A stretch of DNA of 64,000 bases from a virus (IMGVR_UViG_3300027710_000010:213763-277762), one strand, 5' to 3'. Counted from the stretch's first letter, positions 11,801 through 22,290 are shown. The notes: generated by a model not told the origin, from the letters alone. Numbers and translations: made by a program.

Positions 11801-14800
11801 TGATCCACCGCCGCCTCCGCCAATTGCAGTTAATGATCCAAATATGCTATTTGATCCATTGTTGCCAGTCCCTGTACCGTTCTTTGCGGCGCCGCCAGCA
11901 CCTACTGTTACAGTATATGTTTGTCCGGGAGTGACAGGGTATGCACTATTGTATATTAATCCACCAGCACCACCACCGCCGGCACCACCTCCATTTCCGC
12001 CCATGCCGCTACCGCCGCCTGCCACTACAAGTACTTCAACTTGTGTAACATCTGTAGGAGCTGTCCAGCTGGTCGTACCAGTTGTAGTAAATGAGCGTGC
12101 TACGCCAGCATTTATTCCACGTGTAACAAATGAGTTGCCACCCGTTTCTGGTAACGCTCTTAAGGGAGGAGTAAAATTTGATTGGTATCGTGAAACACCT
12201 CTGGTAACTCGTAAATCATCTATGGTTCCATTTGCGTATGTATTGTCTCTTTCATTATATCCAATTCTAATTTCACTAGATGTATTGCCGACTACTTCAG
12301 TTGAAGGTATTGAGGCAGTTCCAACCATAGTACCATCAATAAACATATATAATTTTGAGTAACTTCTACTAACAGCAACATGATGCCAAGCACCGTCATT
12401 GGGACGAATTGATGAGTTAATATTTTGTTCAGTGTTTACTAACGAACTGCTATAGGTAAATTGTAAAGTTGCAGAACCGCCAGTAACTTTTAAACCCCAA
12501 GCTCCTGCAGGAGGGCTTCCGGTGAATCCTTGACTAATAATCGAAGTATAGTTACTTTGACTGCCGTTAGCTCTCCACCAAAACTCAACGGTAAAGTCCG
12601 CAATTCCAAAGTTTGTATTTCCTAAGACACCAGGGTAAGTAAAATAATTACTTGAGCTAACTGCTAATGCTCCACTACCATACTTGCTAGAACTAGTAAT
12701 AGTTGAATTGCCAACAGTTATAATGTTGTTTGCGCCTGCACTATCAACCACAGCGGCATTGGCAAAGTTTAATAGTAAGGTCGGCGCTGTTGAAAAGTTT
12801 GCCGGAGTTGGGGTATATGCAGTTGGAGCAGACCCGGCTTCTAATTGTGGCCAACATAAGAACACCCCAGATACGCCGTCACCAGTTGCTGACGGCAATC
12901 TAGCGTCAGTTAAACTATTTGCAATGGCCATAACGTATCTACCAGCGCCAGTAGCTATGGACACACTAGAGATGGCGCATCTAAACCACCCGTTACCAAT
13001 ACTGGTAATAGATGCTGTGCCGCCTAATGCATTTGCACCTTGAATAGAGTATGTACCATTAATAAGGTCATAGTTGACCCAAAAATCATTGCTGTTTGCG
13101 AATCCAGATGAGGCTGCAAGTTGAAAGAATTTCCTTTCTCCAGCTTTTACATATACAGAATGAACGTATGTTGTACCTAATGTGACCGTTGAATCTTGTA
13201 ATATAAACCTACCGCCAGTTGCTGTGGATTCTATTAATTTTATACCTGTTAACGTCGTATCAAGTGCCGGAGCCAATATTGCAGTTGCCCCACTTAATGT
13301 TGATGCATTATCTAGTAGATAATCACTGAACGGTAACAAATTATTTGTTAGTGTACTAAATGGTCGATTTGTTGGTGTAAAGGCTGCGGTATAGACTGCT
13401 GCTCTAACTACTCTAAAACTCGACATATGCCCTTTAAAATATTCTCCAGGGCCAGTAGTCCAAATTGATCCAATATATAGGCCACCATTAAATCCAGAAG
13501 GCATTGTTGTAGTTGATCCTGCAGATTTACCATTATGATATAATGTAATAGTAGATCCGTTACGTACTAATGCAACATGATTCCAAGTATTCGCTACCAG
13601 ATTGTTGCTGGCAGTATTGCTATTAATTGCTGGAACACCAAGCCACCCTACACCATCGCCGATATAAACGTGCGTGTCGCCAATGCCAGTTCTATTTAAA
13701 CTAATGCCTATAGTAGCATGTGGCTGGAAGTTTACTAGCGTCTGCATAGAAGTAGAAAAATCTAAATAAACCCAAGCTTCTATAGTAAAACTTATGCCGG
13801 TCAAGTTTAATGTGCTACTAGTTGTATTTAAATAATCAGTAGATCCATTAAAATAAACACTTGCGCCGTGTACAGCAGGGTTATAAGAAGTGTTAGTTGG
13901 TTTAGGAAACGGGCTAAAACTTCCTTGGGTAGCAGTGCCAGAACGTGTAATGGCTAAGTTATTAGAACTGCTGTCTGCAAATGTATTATTCTGTCCGCCA
14001 ACAGGACCGTTACCAGTTAAATGTAAGGATACACTACCACGATAAGGATCTTGATCCGCATCATAAGTAGTTGACCCTGTATTGTTAGCATCATATCCTA
14101 GTGTTTGACTAGTTAATGTATTATCAAAAGGCAAATAAAATCCGTTAGTGCCGTATGATCCAGTATATGGTTTTGGTATCCAGGTACCTGTACTAGTAGT
14201 AGTGCCGAACAATGAAGGATCTAAGGCTGCACCATCAATAAAATTATACTCTGCTAATTGTCCGTCAAAAGTTTTACTGCTTAGTATTGTATCGTTATTA
14301 GCACTAACACCTACGGTCATTAATCCGCCAGGTTTATTTACTGGGGTTGCATAGTTTAGTGATGGAAACCCGCCATCGGCAGTATTCCAACCATTGCTAT
14401 TGACAAAGTCAGTTATCTGTACACCATTGACCCATATTTTTATTCTATTAAACGCAACAGTTTGTGAAGTGTCAACTGCAATTACTAGATGATACCATGC
14501 ACTTGGATCTCTAAAAACAGGAACTGTACTAATGCTGAATGTACCACCAAGTGCCGGACCCCAATCATAAAGTTGAATACTTTCATTTGATGTATTTGTT
14601 GCAATATGCAGTGAAGCATATGATGTGCCCCAGTTAGCACTTAAAAATCCTAAATCATCAACACCAGATCTTGTTCCTTTTTTGAACCATGTACTAAGTG
14701 TAAATTTTCGTTGGTCGCCTCCGTGTGCGCTATAACGATACAATCCAGTGCCGCCACCACTTATCCATTTAAATTTTAAACTTTTTGATACAGGTTGCAG

Positions 14801-14941
14801 TAAGTCAGGCTGTGGCCAAGCATTAGCACGATGCGCTTGCAGTGCTTCATCTAAAGTCCAGATACCACTAGCATCCTTTAATGTAGGTTGCTTGGATGTA
14901 CCTTTTACTATTCTACCTGGTTTATTATTTCTTGATCCCAT
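8822..14941 (-). CDS. Large multidomain adhesin/fibre: several LamG-like domains, SPRY-like domain, two glycine-rich domains
   Basis: 2039 aa; LamG-like WYHLVIAVD, WNHVALVRNG, WHHVAVSRS; SPRY-like TGKWYWEVK...GDVISVAVD...NFGQ; glycine-rich units. Confidence 0.8.
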   Translation of the reverse strand: MGSRNNKPGRIVKGTSKQPTLKDASGIWTLDEALQAHRANAWPQPDLLQPVSKSLKFKWISGGGTGLYRYSAHGGDQRKFTLSTWFKKGTRSGVDDLGFLSANWGTSYASLHIATNTSNESIQLYDWGPALGGTFSISTVPVFRDPSAWYHLVIAVDTSQTVAFNRIKIWVNGVQITDFVNSNGWNTADGGFPSLNYATPVNKPGGLMTVGVSANNDTILSSKTFDGQLAEYNFIDGAALDPSLFGTTTSTGTWIPKPYTGSYGTNGFYLPFDNTLTSQTLGYDANNTGSTTYDADQDPYRGSVSLHLTGNGPVGGQNNTFADSSSNNLAITRSGTATQGSFSPFPKPTNTSYNPAVHGASVYFNGSTDYLNTTSSTLNLTGISFTIEAWVYLDFSTSMQTLVNFQPHATIGISLNRTGIGDTHVYIGDGVGWLGVPAINSNTASNNLVANTWNHVALVRNGSTITLYHNGKSAGSTTTMPSGFNGGLYIGSIWTTGPGEYFKGHMSSFRVVRAAVYTAAFTPTNRPFSTLTNNLLPFSDYLLDNASTLSGATAILAPALDTTLTGIKLIESTATGGRFILQDSTVTLGTTYVHSVYVKAGERKFFQLAASSGFANSNDFWVNYDLINGTYSIQGANALGGTASITSIGNGWFRCAISSVSIATGAGRYVMAIANSLTDARLPSATGDGVSGVFLCWPQLEAGSAPTAYTPTPANFSTAPTLLLNFANAAVVDSAGANNIITVGNSTITSSSKYGSGALAVSSSNYFTYPGVLGNTNFGIADFTVEFWWRANGSQSNYTSIISQGFTGSPPAGAWGLKVTGGSATLQFTYSSSLVNTEQNINSSIRPNDGAWHHVAVSRSYSKLYMFIDGTMVGTASIPSTEVVGNTSSEIRIGYNERDNTYANGTIDDLRVTRGVSRYQSNFTPPLRALPETGGNSFVTRGINAGVARSFTTTGTTSWTAPTDVTQVEVLVVAGGGSGMGGNGGGAGGGGAGGLIYNSAYPVTPGQTYTVTVGAGGAAKNGTGTGNNGSNSIFGSLTAIGGGGGGSNGFAGVAGGSGGGSGEYAVPDARGYGGAGTAGQGFAGGNTSATGVASGGGGAGALGGNGSGSAPGAGGAGLQFRISGTSQFYAGGGGASGNSLPGALGGSGVGGNGGAGSGGSGTVTAGATNTGSGGGGIYVGSSGAGGSGIVIVRYTTASEVGFTEDSVVDSPTNYGHDMQSGGEVIGNYCTWNNIAPPVDITLLDTRAFSNGNLTYTSTGSTGSTTFGTISATTGKWYWEVKMNSIISTGAPMTGIWLNDQYRVNYRGNGTGTNSTGSFTISGIPTYTDGDVISVAVDADAGYIWYAKNGVWIQGAPATGTSPVASWTANTKITPMFHWDNVSGVKQITANFGQTPFIYAAPVGFNTLNTKSLSKATNAAALTPNQYFDAVTYTGTGSYPLTVGGFNFQPDLIWVKDRNSSGFHRLFDRVRGATSSPSLYSNATSIEGADNVSFTSNGFTYSSEPYGGGMNLIGNSHVVWGWKAGGAPVSNTSGSITSSVSANTTSGFSVATWSGNNTNGATIGHGLTSAPSMFIIKSRNSVANWYAWHTGLSGSTYGLTLNATDAEAVFSFGTATVGATTITAVQGANGLANINGSATNYVGYFWNEIPGFSKFGKYTANGSSDGPFIHCGFKPRFILIKAVSSTSQWVMIDTARDPYNSTVGERSIFANSATSEENGNTSELFDVVSNGFKLRSNGRVNASGVTHIFAAFAENPFKGANAESPAVSRRSPAVSVFGYTGADQSYVVPAGVSRIRVAAWGAGGSAGTPSTAGALTGSGGGAGSVEGFLDVIPGETLTIKVGQGVDALSGGVLNGGNTSTVLAASIYGGGGVNGIGDGAGSNAGTAGSGGGASSILRASTVTTLLVAAGGGGAAGAGYTGSNPSANGGAGGAGAGTGGTGRGSSGTFTSGAGTYAGYPGTGGGGGGGGGGSGSSANAGNGDPGLGGSNTVPYSCTGYSGSGRTPANTSSAYYDGASGYGGIAPSAGGSITTSDGRIVIIA

Positions 14942-14964
14942 TTACATTCTCAATTTTTATACTG

Positions 14965-14972
14965 TATTTAAC
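14965..14972 (-). promoter_or_regulatory. Possible late promoter (GTTAAATA)
   Basis: TAAATA core overlapping the upstream stop codon, 23 nt before the ATG. Confidence 0.4.
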
Positions 14973-17900
14973 TGCCGTACCAACGGATGATTACGATTCC
15001 AGAGCCGCCGTGTGCGGCTGGGTCTCCGCCATTTCCACGTCCGCCTCCGCCGCCACCTGTGTTTATCAATCCAGGAGTTGGATTACTTGATGTTCCTGTT
15101 CCGCCTTTTCCGCCGCCGCCTGCGCCGCCTACAGCGCCAGCTACTAGGTCACTAGATCCCCCAGAGCCTCCGCCTCCGCCAGCATAGGTAGTACTTGTTC
15201 CGCTAATAGAGTATGTCAAACCTGCTCCACCAGCTCCTGCAATACCACTGCCGCCGTTAACTCCGGCACTGCCTGCTCCACCTCCGCCACCATTTGCTTG
15301 ATTTCCAGTATTTGTGCCAGTGCCGCCAGCATTTCCTTGTCCATATGTGCCAATTGATGAGACAGATGTAAAGTTTCCGCTTTGTCCGCCGCCGCTACCC
15401 CCGTTAGTTGGTCCAACAGAATTTCCACCGCCTGAACCACCGCCTAAAGCAATTAGGTTAGCAAAACTACTATTCTGTCCAGTGTAACCTGCTCGTGAGT
15501 TATATACGCCTCCGTCGCCACCTTGACCAACAACAACAGGATAAGTTACACCTGGTGTTACTGGGGTGCTGTTACTGTATATTAAACCACCAGCTCCGCC
15601 GCCACCACCACCAGGAGGTCCACCTCCGCCACCACCTGCTACTATTAATGCTTGTACACTAGTAACACCTGAAGGACAAGTCCACGATCCGCTATCTAAG
15701 AATGTAGCAACTTGCGGAACACGATAACGAAGTATAACTACACCACTGCCGCCTGATCCGCCACTTAAATAATTTGCCCCATAGCTGCCGCCAGCTCCGC
15801 CGCCACCTGTATTTGAAGAGCCGCTTTGTCCAGCACCGTTGCCAACAGCATTGCCGCCGCCACCAATGCCACCTCGACCTGATATTCTAATAGCAGTGTC
15901 TGATGTATTAATTGATCCGCCGCCGCCACCGCCAAAATATTCTAAATTTCCAGTAATATTAAATGGTAATCCAGGGCCACCGTCGCCGGCTCTCACTGAT
16001 GAAGAAGCACTGTCTTGAAATCCTATTTTTCCAGCGCCACCAGCTCCGCCGCCGCCTGATCCAGGATAGTATGGTGATCCAAATCCAGAGTCTGCACCGC
16101 CCGCAAAGCCCTGACCTGATACCCCAGTGCCAGTACCGCCTGCACCAGAACCACCATTTGCATTAGCTCCTAAAGATGCTCTATCTGCTCCACTGGCACC
16201 GCCGCCAAATGCTGATAGAGTTGTTGAGCGCACACTGATAAAACTAATATCTGTTATCTGTCCAGTGCCATTTCCAACTTGTAGATTTATCCATGTAGTA
16301 GTTGAAGTTGCTGTAAAAATTTGACTATAAAACCCTGCACCAGTAGCTCCGTTATCTAAACTATCTCTAGTTCGATCTGTCCATGCCTTATCATCCACTT
16401 CTGATCCAACTTGTGTTGTGCCGATACGTATTCTAAGAAGGCGGGCTACGTCAGATGTTACTTTTATTGTTAGTAAATAGGTTGTTCCAATTACAGTAGT
16501 AATACTTTGACTAGCTGTGCCGTTTACGCTAAGATTTGGTGTAATTCTAAGTGTACCTGTTTGAGGTACTGATAATGTTGCCGTTGTAGCTGACCAACCT
16601 GATGTATTCGTAAACCCACTACCATTTGTAATAAGTTCTACACCAGTTCCGATTCCGCTACCAAATCCAGGCGCTCCTGCTACATTTGTCGAGACAAATA
16701 TTCCGCCTAAGCCACCTGCTCCTACACCAATTGTGTATGTTTGTCCGGGTGTTACTGATAGTGCTGAATTATAAACAACACCTCCAGCACCTGCGCCGTG
16801 CGTACCTGCGCCAGATCCTGCGCCACCACCGCCAGCGACTACTAGTGCTTCAACTTGTGTAACTCCCACAGGAGCAGTCCATGTGTTACTAGTAGTAAAC
16901 TTTTGTGATACTATCGCGGCATTTGATATTGATGAAATTTGTTTAGGTGTTCGTTTATATTTTATAATAACAATACCTGATCCACCTGCACCACCAGTTG
17001 CACCCCCACCCCCACCGCCACCAGTATTAGCGGTACCTGCTGTTGCTGTAGAATTACTTCCTGCGCCACCGCCGCCAATTCCGCCCGCGGCCGATGATGC
17101 TGATCCTTGAGTTCCACCACCACCACCACCTGCGTAAGCAGTAAGTGTGCCACTAATCCTAAATCTTAAACCGTTACCTCCTGCACCACAAATATTTGAT
17201 TGAGCATCACCGCCTGGGCCACTTGCACCACCGCCACCGCCTGTTGGGTAAGCTGCTCCAAATAAATTATGATAACCAGTTCCACCAGAGAAACCTTGCC
17301 CAGTAGTTCCTGCACCAGGACGCCCCGATGCTGGGGTTCCACCAGATCCACCTATAGATCCGCCACCGCCGCTGCCGCCTAATAATCCGTCCTGTGTGAC
17401 GCCACCAGATTCCCCATGAAATCCGCCGCCACCACCTCCAAAGGCAATTAACTTGTCAAATTGGCTATTAGATCCGCGTTGACCTTTGCCACTGCCGCTT
17501 GTGCCACCAGCACCGACTGTAATTGAATATGCATTACCTGGAACTACTAGATAATCAGTGTTGTAAAGTAACCCACCAGCACCACCACCACCGCCATATT
17601 GACTGCCACCGCCGCCGCCTCCAGCTACTACAAGTACTTCTACACTGTTAACATCTAAAGGTGCAACCCAACTTGTTGAGCCTGTTGTGGTAAAACTTGT
17701 AACTGTAAATTGATCGTCAATAGCTGTACTATTTTGTACGTCTTCTAAACCGTAAATACCTTTTAAAGAAGTTCCTACTACATCTGCGGCACGTGTAACA
17801 GACACAGTGGTTGTTGGTATATAACTAGTTGCAGTCAATCTTTCTTCTAATTGTGCGCCCCACAAATAGATACCATTAGTTGAACTGGCAGTTATTGTTC

Positions 17901-18534
17901 CAGTATTATCAGAATCAGTTATTGCTGTTAGTAGTCGAACTACACCGGCACTGACATATGTAACTTGGCAACGATACCACCCATTTCCTACAGAATCTAT
18001 CCTACCGTTTAACGATCCAGATCCAACAGTTCCAATTACACCAGTACTGAGATTAAACCAAGCTCCGCGAGTAAGTGAATTATCGTCTCCTAAAAACAAC
18101 CAATTTTTTCCAGCAGCTTTAGCAAATATAGAAACAGTAAATGTGTATCCGGTAATTTTTGTGCCAGTACCAGTCGGGTTTTGTTGATAGCGAATTTGCC
18201 AACTACCACTACTTGCCGGGTACACTAGGTCAGCAGTAGTTGTTCCGTCAGGAGCAACTGCTTGATTTGGGGAATTTGAATTATTGTTGGTCCAAACAGC
18301 GTTACTTATATCTTCACTATAAGTTAAAAAATTTGTACTTGCTGGTTCAATTAATAAAGTAGGAGTTCTCCAACTAGTACCGTCGTAGGTATAATTTAGA
18401 CGGGGTTGATTTGCCGGTGCCGTGACTAATGTACCTGAACTATTAAAATAAGTTCCGGTGCTTGCTCTGCTGACAAATGGGGTATTAGCTTGTGGTTTGC
18501 TACTAAGAACACCACCAATGAAACGGTTTGCCAT
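14968..18534 (-). CDS. Glycine-rich adhesin/fibre protein (three Gly-rich domains, carbohydrate-binding-like inserts)
   Basis: 1188 aa; GWYRC...WGAQLEE...ATSYIPT domain; three VxxLxVAGGG...GGSGxVIxxY units. Confidence 0.8.
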   Translation of the reverse strand: MANRFIGGVLSSKPQANTPFVSRASTGTYFNSSGTLVTAPANQPRLNYTYDGTSWRTPTLLIEPASTNFLTYSEDISNAVWTNNNSNSPNQAVAPDGTTTADLVYPASSGSWQIRYQQNPTGTGTKITGYTFTVSIFAKAAGKNWLFLGDDNSLTRGAWFNLSTGVIGTVGSGSLNGRIDSVGNGWYRCQVTYVSAGVVRLLTAITDSDNTGTITASSTNGIYLWGAQLEERLTATSYIPTTTVSVTRAADVVGTSLKGIYGLEDVQNSTAIDDQFTVTSFTTTGSTSWVAPLDVNSVEVLVVAGGGGGGSQYGGGGGAGGLLYNTDYLVVPGNAYSITVGAGGTSGSGKGQRGSNSQFDKLIAFGGGGGGFHGESGGVTQDGLLGGSGGGGSIGGSGGTPASGRPGAGTTGQGFSGGTGYHNLFGAAYPTGGGGGASGPGGDAQSNICGAGGNGLRFRISGTLTAYAGGGGGGTQGSASSAAGGIGGGGAGSNSTATAGTANTGGGGGGGATGGAGGSGIVIIKYKRTPKQISSISNAAIVSQKFTTSNTWTAPVGVTQVEALVVAGGGGAGSGAGTHGAGAGGVVYNSALSVTPGQTYTIGVGAGGLGGIFVSTNVAGAPGFGSGIGTGVELITNGSGFTNTSGWSATTATLSVPQTGTLRITPNLSVNGTASQSITTVIGTTYLLTIKVTSDVARLLRIRIGTTQVGSEVDDKAWTDRTRDSLDNGATGAGFYSQIFTATSTTTWINLQVGNGTGQITDISFISVRSTTLSAFGGGASGADRASLGANANGGSGAGGTGTGVSGQGFAGGADSGFGSPYYPGSGGGGAGGAGKIGFQDSASSSVRAGDGGPGLPFNITGNLEYFGGGGGGSINTSDTAIRISGRGGIGGGGNAVGNGAGQSGSSNTGGGGAGGSYGANYLSGGSGGSGVVILRYRVPQVATFLDSGSWTCPSGVTSVQALIVAGGGGGGPPGGGGGGAGGLIYSNSTPVTPGVTYPVVVGQGGDGGVYNSRAGYTGQNSSFANLIALGGGSGGGNSVGPTNGGSGGGQSGNFTSVSSIGTYGQGNAGGTGTNTGNQANGGGGGAGSAGVNGGSGIAGAGGAGLTYSISGTSTTYAGGGGGSGGSSDLVAGAVGGAGGGGKGGTGTSSNPTPGLINTGGGGGGRGNGGDPAAHGGSGIVIIRWYGS

Positions 18535-18545
18535 GAAGCCGCTCC

Positions 18546-18920
18546 TTAACTAATGTCTTCGTAGCTGACTGTAACTTTGAGTTTGCTTGCTGTACCTGCT
18601 GTGCCAGTAATACTAGTATTTTCTTCTAAGTAAATGCTAGTACTTTTATCTAATGCAATTAATGTAGCATTAGCTGGAACGCTAACTGTACTAACCATTT
18701 CAACGTTAGTGCCTGCGCCGGCTGCGGCAGTGTTATAACTTAGTGTAAAGTTAACTGCATTTGTGCCATCAGTATTTGCTACGATGATGTTATTAACTTT
18801 TAGTACTTTGCCACTGCTGGCTGCATTACTTAGTAATGACGTTGAGCTAGTTGATGTCAAACTTACGTAAGTTGTCTTACCTAAAATTTGAGATACTGCA
18901 ACAATATTTGGAGCTGCCAT
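18546..18920 (-). CDS. Small beta-rich virion adaptor-like protein
   Basis: 124 aa; similar length and pattern to 34673..35005 and 42447..42767 (central N motif, V(P/A)xxxTL/AL motif, C-terminal EIT/DIS/QVS). Confidence 0.6.
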   Translation of the reverse strand: MAAPNIVAVSQILGKTTYVSLTSTSSTSLLSNAASSGKVLKVNNIIVANTDGTNAVNFTLSYNTAAAGAGTNVEMVSTVSVPANATLIALDKSTSIYLEENTSITGTAGTASKLKVTVSYEDIS

Positions 18921-18942
18921 GTTATATTCCTTTTATTCTCTA

Positions 18943-18950
18943 TATTTAAC
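18943..18950 (-). promoter_or_regulatory. Possible late promoter (GTTAAATA)
   Basis: TAAATA core overlapping the stop codon, upstream of an AAGGA RBS. Confidence 0.45.
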
Positions 18951-21900
18951 CAAAGACCATTGCCATGGCAATAGCTTTACCTGTACTTGCTACTCTTGCA
19001 CCGCTGTCGTATACAGCACCTGCATAAATGCTTCCAGCAACACCAACGCCACCTGCTACAGTTAATGCACCAGTAGTTGTTGAACTACTTGCAGTGTTAA
19101 ACGCAACGGCAACTTTACCAGCGGCCGCACTACCCATTGTAATTGTACCAGTAGTAGTATCTGCAAATACATTAACTTGCCCACTTGTCACGCTTGACCG
19201 TAAATTAACTGTGCCGCCTGTTGTGCCAGCAATAATCAAACTGTTGCCAGTATTTGAACTACCTAATGTTAAGGTAGTAGCACTGCCTGTTGCACCAATA
19301 TTAACTGCTGTGGCTGCTCCACCAAAGTTAATTGTAGTAGCAGTTGTGTTTAATAACGGGAAAGTTGATGAGTTAGTGGTTATGCCACTGCCAGTGTTTA
19401 CTGCCATTGCGGCAGTAGTTGTTAGACCAACTGCTGATAATGTGCTTGTGAACACACCTTCATGTGCTGACAATCCATTAATTTTTAAATTAGCATAAGT
19501 CGCTTGGGCAAAATTAACAGTTAGTTCTGGCTCATCTTCAACACTTTCAAATAGTTTCCAAACACCGTCTGTTGCATCACGCACAAATCCTGTATGTTGG
19601 TATCCACTATTTGTGAATGAGCTAACAAAACCAATGTCAACAGTATCGGCAGGGTTGTCATCACCCATATAGATCAAACTGTCTGTTACATTATAATTGG
19701 TTGTGTTAATTGTAGTTTGTGTGCCGTTAACAGTTAAGTTGCCGTCAACAATTAAATTATTACTGATAATTGCATCGTGTGTAACTCGTAGGTCATTTTC
19801 AACAGTTAAGTCACTGCTAATAGTCACTGCTGGAGTGAATGTAATTCCTGAACTGTCAGTAGAGTCAATAGTTGTACCGTTGATACTGACTGCATCTAGT
19901 ACTACACTGCCAGTACCGCTTGGACTAACAACAATATCTTCGTTACTGTTTGTGCCAATAATGTTATTTTGGAAGTAACGAATGTTGCCAGTATCAAGTT
20001 CGCTAATACTGATTGAAGCCGGTGCGGCACCTTCGCCTACAATACTTAATGCACCTAAGTCATCAGTAATAGTCAATGTTCCAATAGTAACTGAACCTGG
20101 ACCCACGTACACGTGATTCCAACGATTTTCAGGAGTACCTAGAGTTAATACATTGTCATTAACTGGAACAACGTTGGTTGCAACGTTTGTGAAATATCTG
20201 CGTACTGCGGCTTCTGTTGGTACTGCTTCATTACTGTTGCCGCTTAGTGTATAATCACTTGAGAATTCGTTAACTAGTTCACCTAGTTGTGCGCCAATCG
20301 ATCCCAATCGTAAACTTGTAAGACCCGACAAGTCGAATGCACTAGCATTCAAAGTAGCACGACCAGTTGCTTGATCAACACGGAAGTAATCACCAACACG
20401 GAAATTACCATCTTGGTCTGTACTTACGTAGAATACACGTCCTGGGAACGATTCAATTACTTCGTTTGCCTGACTTGAATCCTGTGTAGGAGTGCCAGGG
20501 TAGTTTGTTGTAGTCTTATTACCAGTACCGATACTTAAGAAATCGTGTCCAGTTAATCGTGCATTACTGTATTGATATCGCACAGTGACTACAGCATTAT
20601 TGGCACTGGCTGTTGCTTTTTCATTAGCTAAAACAATAGTTAAAATACTGCCGCTGTTAACATACGTGCCGCTGACACTTTGAATAATGTAACTGCCGCT
20701 GTCGCCTGCAATTTGTAAACTGCCGCCTGGTTGAGGTTCTGCACTAAATCCGTCTATTACTAATACAAATCCTTTTTGTCCAGTAACACCACCAACTGCA
20801 ACATTGGCTGTTACGCCTTCACCGTTGTCCAATGTGTCGCTGGTTAAAAATGTACCGCTCACACTTGTATAATAAATTTTGTTAACTGCTGTTTGTACGT
20901 TGGTAATAGTACCAATCGCGCCACTTGCTGATCCAGTAATAGTGTCACCGACAGTAAACTCGCCACCGTCTAGTGTTAACGGATTATAAACTAGTTGTTC
21001 GCCATATAGCGCACCAGTTAGTGGAGTTTCTGCTGAATCAAATCCGCGACTAACAACTCCGTATGTTCCATAACTGTTATTGCCTGATAAAGAACGAATC
21101 TTACCACCGTCTGTTGTAGTGTAACCCATCCAGCAATAGTATGTAAAGCAACTTACGATCTCAGCTTTACCTTGACCGTTGACCCAGTAACCAATACCAT
21201 CACTACAAATAACAGTGTATCCATGGAATACCATAGACTTGATGCCAGCGGCATGTATATCGCCGTCAACTACTGCTCCAATTGCGCCTGCTTCACTGAA
21301 TGCCGCACATTCTAAAACATATGGCGATTTATTAATAATTGGGTTTGCAGGATCTAACGCAACAAACACGCCCTTGATTGTTGCTTGAGTAACATCTTCT
21401 GGGTAAGTAAGATTTGGTTCAAATCCTGCCATGTCACGGAAGTACATTTTGTTTAATGTAGCACCGTCATTTAATAACCACATAGTACCTTCACTATAAT
21501 CGCTAGTGATGGTACAGATTTCTGAAGCAACTGTTTGAGCTGAGAATGAAACTGTTAATGTTGTAAATCCAACTGTTGGTGTGTCTACTCCAACTGCTGT
21601 TACTGTTACTGTTCCTGTAATGTCAGTACCTGTAATAGTACAACCAACTTGGAACTGTCCTCCAGTTATATCACCGTCAGCAAGTTCAATAGTTGTAGAT
21701 GTAGATAATATACTAACTTGTGGCGCAACGTTTGCGCTGACTGCTGATACATTTAGTGGAGCAACTCCTGTTGTTCTTTGTCCGTCACCAACAACAGTAA
21801 TATTTGCACCCACTGTAATTGGTAATTGTTCGTAGTATAAGCCGCCCTTAACATAAATTGTTGCTGGTCCAGTTACAGTATCGCAAGCATATCTAATACT

Positions 21901-22290
21901 TTTAAATGCTTGGTTTAAACTTGTACCGTCATTGTCATCATTACCATCTGCTTTAACATAATAAATGCTTTGTGCTGTTGTTAAACCTAACCATTGTGGT
22001 AGACCGTCTTTAACAATAAGTGCTTCGCCTTCTGCACCAATTGGCAATCTTTCGTTTTCAGCAACTCCGCGATACATGATATCGCCTTCAGTCGTTAATG
22101 GGGTTGCACCCTCAATCATTAACTCCCATTTGGCAGCATCAGTAGAGAAAGCGCCTGCGCTAGTGTGATTAGTAATACACACATAACTGCTTCCGCCGTA
22201 GCCAACTACGTCATCTTTGATGTAGGCCGTAGCTGAAGCCCATGGTCCTTGCCATTTAAATTTTAATCTACCTAGTACTATTTCTGCCAT
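18946..22290 (-). CDS. Tailspike/fibre protein, paralogue 2 (no S74; ends in hydrophobic GKAIAMAMVFG)
   Basis: 1114 aa; collinear with 3154..6822 and 30620..34297 for ~940 aa, including an identical FYVSTDQDGNFRVGDYFRVDQATGRATLNASAFDLSGLTSLRLGSIGAQLGELVNEFSSDYTLSG block. Confidence 0.8.
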   Translation of the reverse strand: MAEIVLGRLKFKWQGPWASATAYIKDDVVGYGGSSYVCITNHTSAGAFSTDAAKWELMIEGATPLTTEGDIMYRGVAENERLPIGAEGEALIVKDGLPQWLGLTTAQSIYYVKADGNDDNDGTSLNQAFKSIRYACDTVTGPATIYVKGGLYYEQLPITVGANITVVGDGQRTTGVAPLNVSAVSANVAPQVSILSTSTTIELADGDITGGQFQVGCTITGTDITGTVTVTAVGVDTPTVGFTTLTVSFSAQTVASEICTITSDYSEGTMWLLNDGATLNKMYFRDMAGFEPNLTYPEDVTQATIKGVFVALDPANPIINKSPYVLECAAFSEAGAIGAVVDGDIHAAGIKSMVFHGYTVICSDGIGYWVNGQGKAEIVSCFTYYCWMGYTTTDGGKIRSLSGNNSYGTYGVVSRGFDSAETPLTGALYGEQLVYNPLTLDGGEFTVGDTITGSASGAIGTITNVQTAVNKIYYTSVSGTFLTSDTLDNGEGVTANVAVGGVTGQKGFVLVIDGFSAEPQPGGSLQIAGDSGSYIIQSVSGTYVNSGSILTIVLANEKATASANNAVVTVRYQYSNARLTGHDFLSIGTGNKTTTNYPGTPTQDSSQANEVIESFPGRVFYVSTDQDGNFRVGDYFRVDQATGRATLNASAFDLSGLTSLRLGSIGAQLGELVNEFSSDYTLSGNSNEAVPTEAAVRRYFTNVATNVVPVNDNVLTLGTPENRWNHVYVGPGSVTIGTLTITDDLGALSIVGEGAAPASISISELDTGNIRYFQNNIIGTNSNEDIVVSPSGTGSVVLDAVSINGTTIDSTDSSGITFTPAVTISSDLTVENDLRVTHDAIISNNLIVDGNLTVNGTQTTINTTNYNVTDSLIYMGDDNPADTVDIGFVSSFTNSGYQHTGFVRDATDGVWKLFESVEDEPELTVNFAQATYANLKINGLSAHEGVFTSTLSAVGLTTTAAMAVNTGSGITTNSSTFPLLNTTATTINFGGAATAVNIGATGSATTLTLGSSNTGNSLIIAGTTGGTVNLRSSVTSGQVNVFADTTTGTITMGSAAAGKVAVAFNTASSSTTTGALTVAGGVGVAGSIYAGAVYDSGARVASTGKAIAMAMVFG

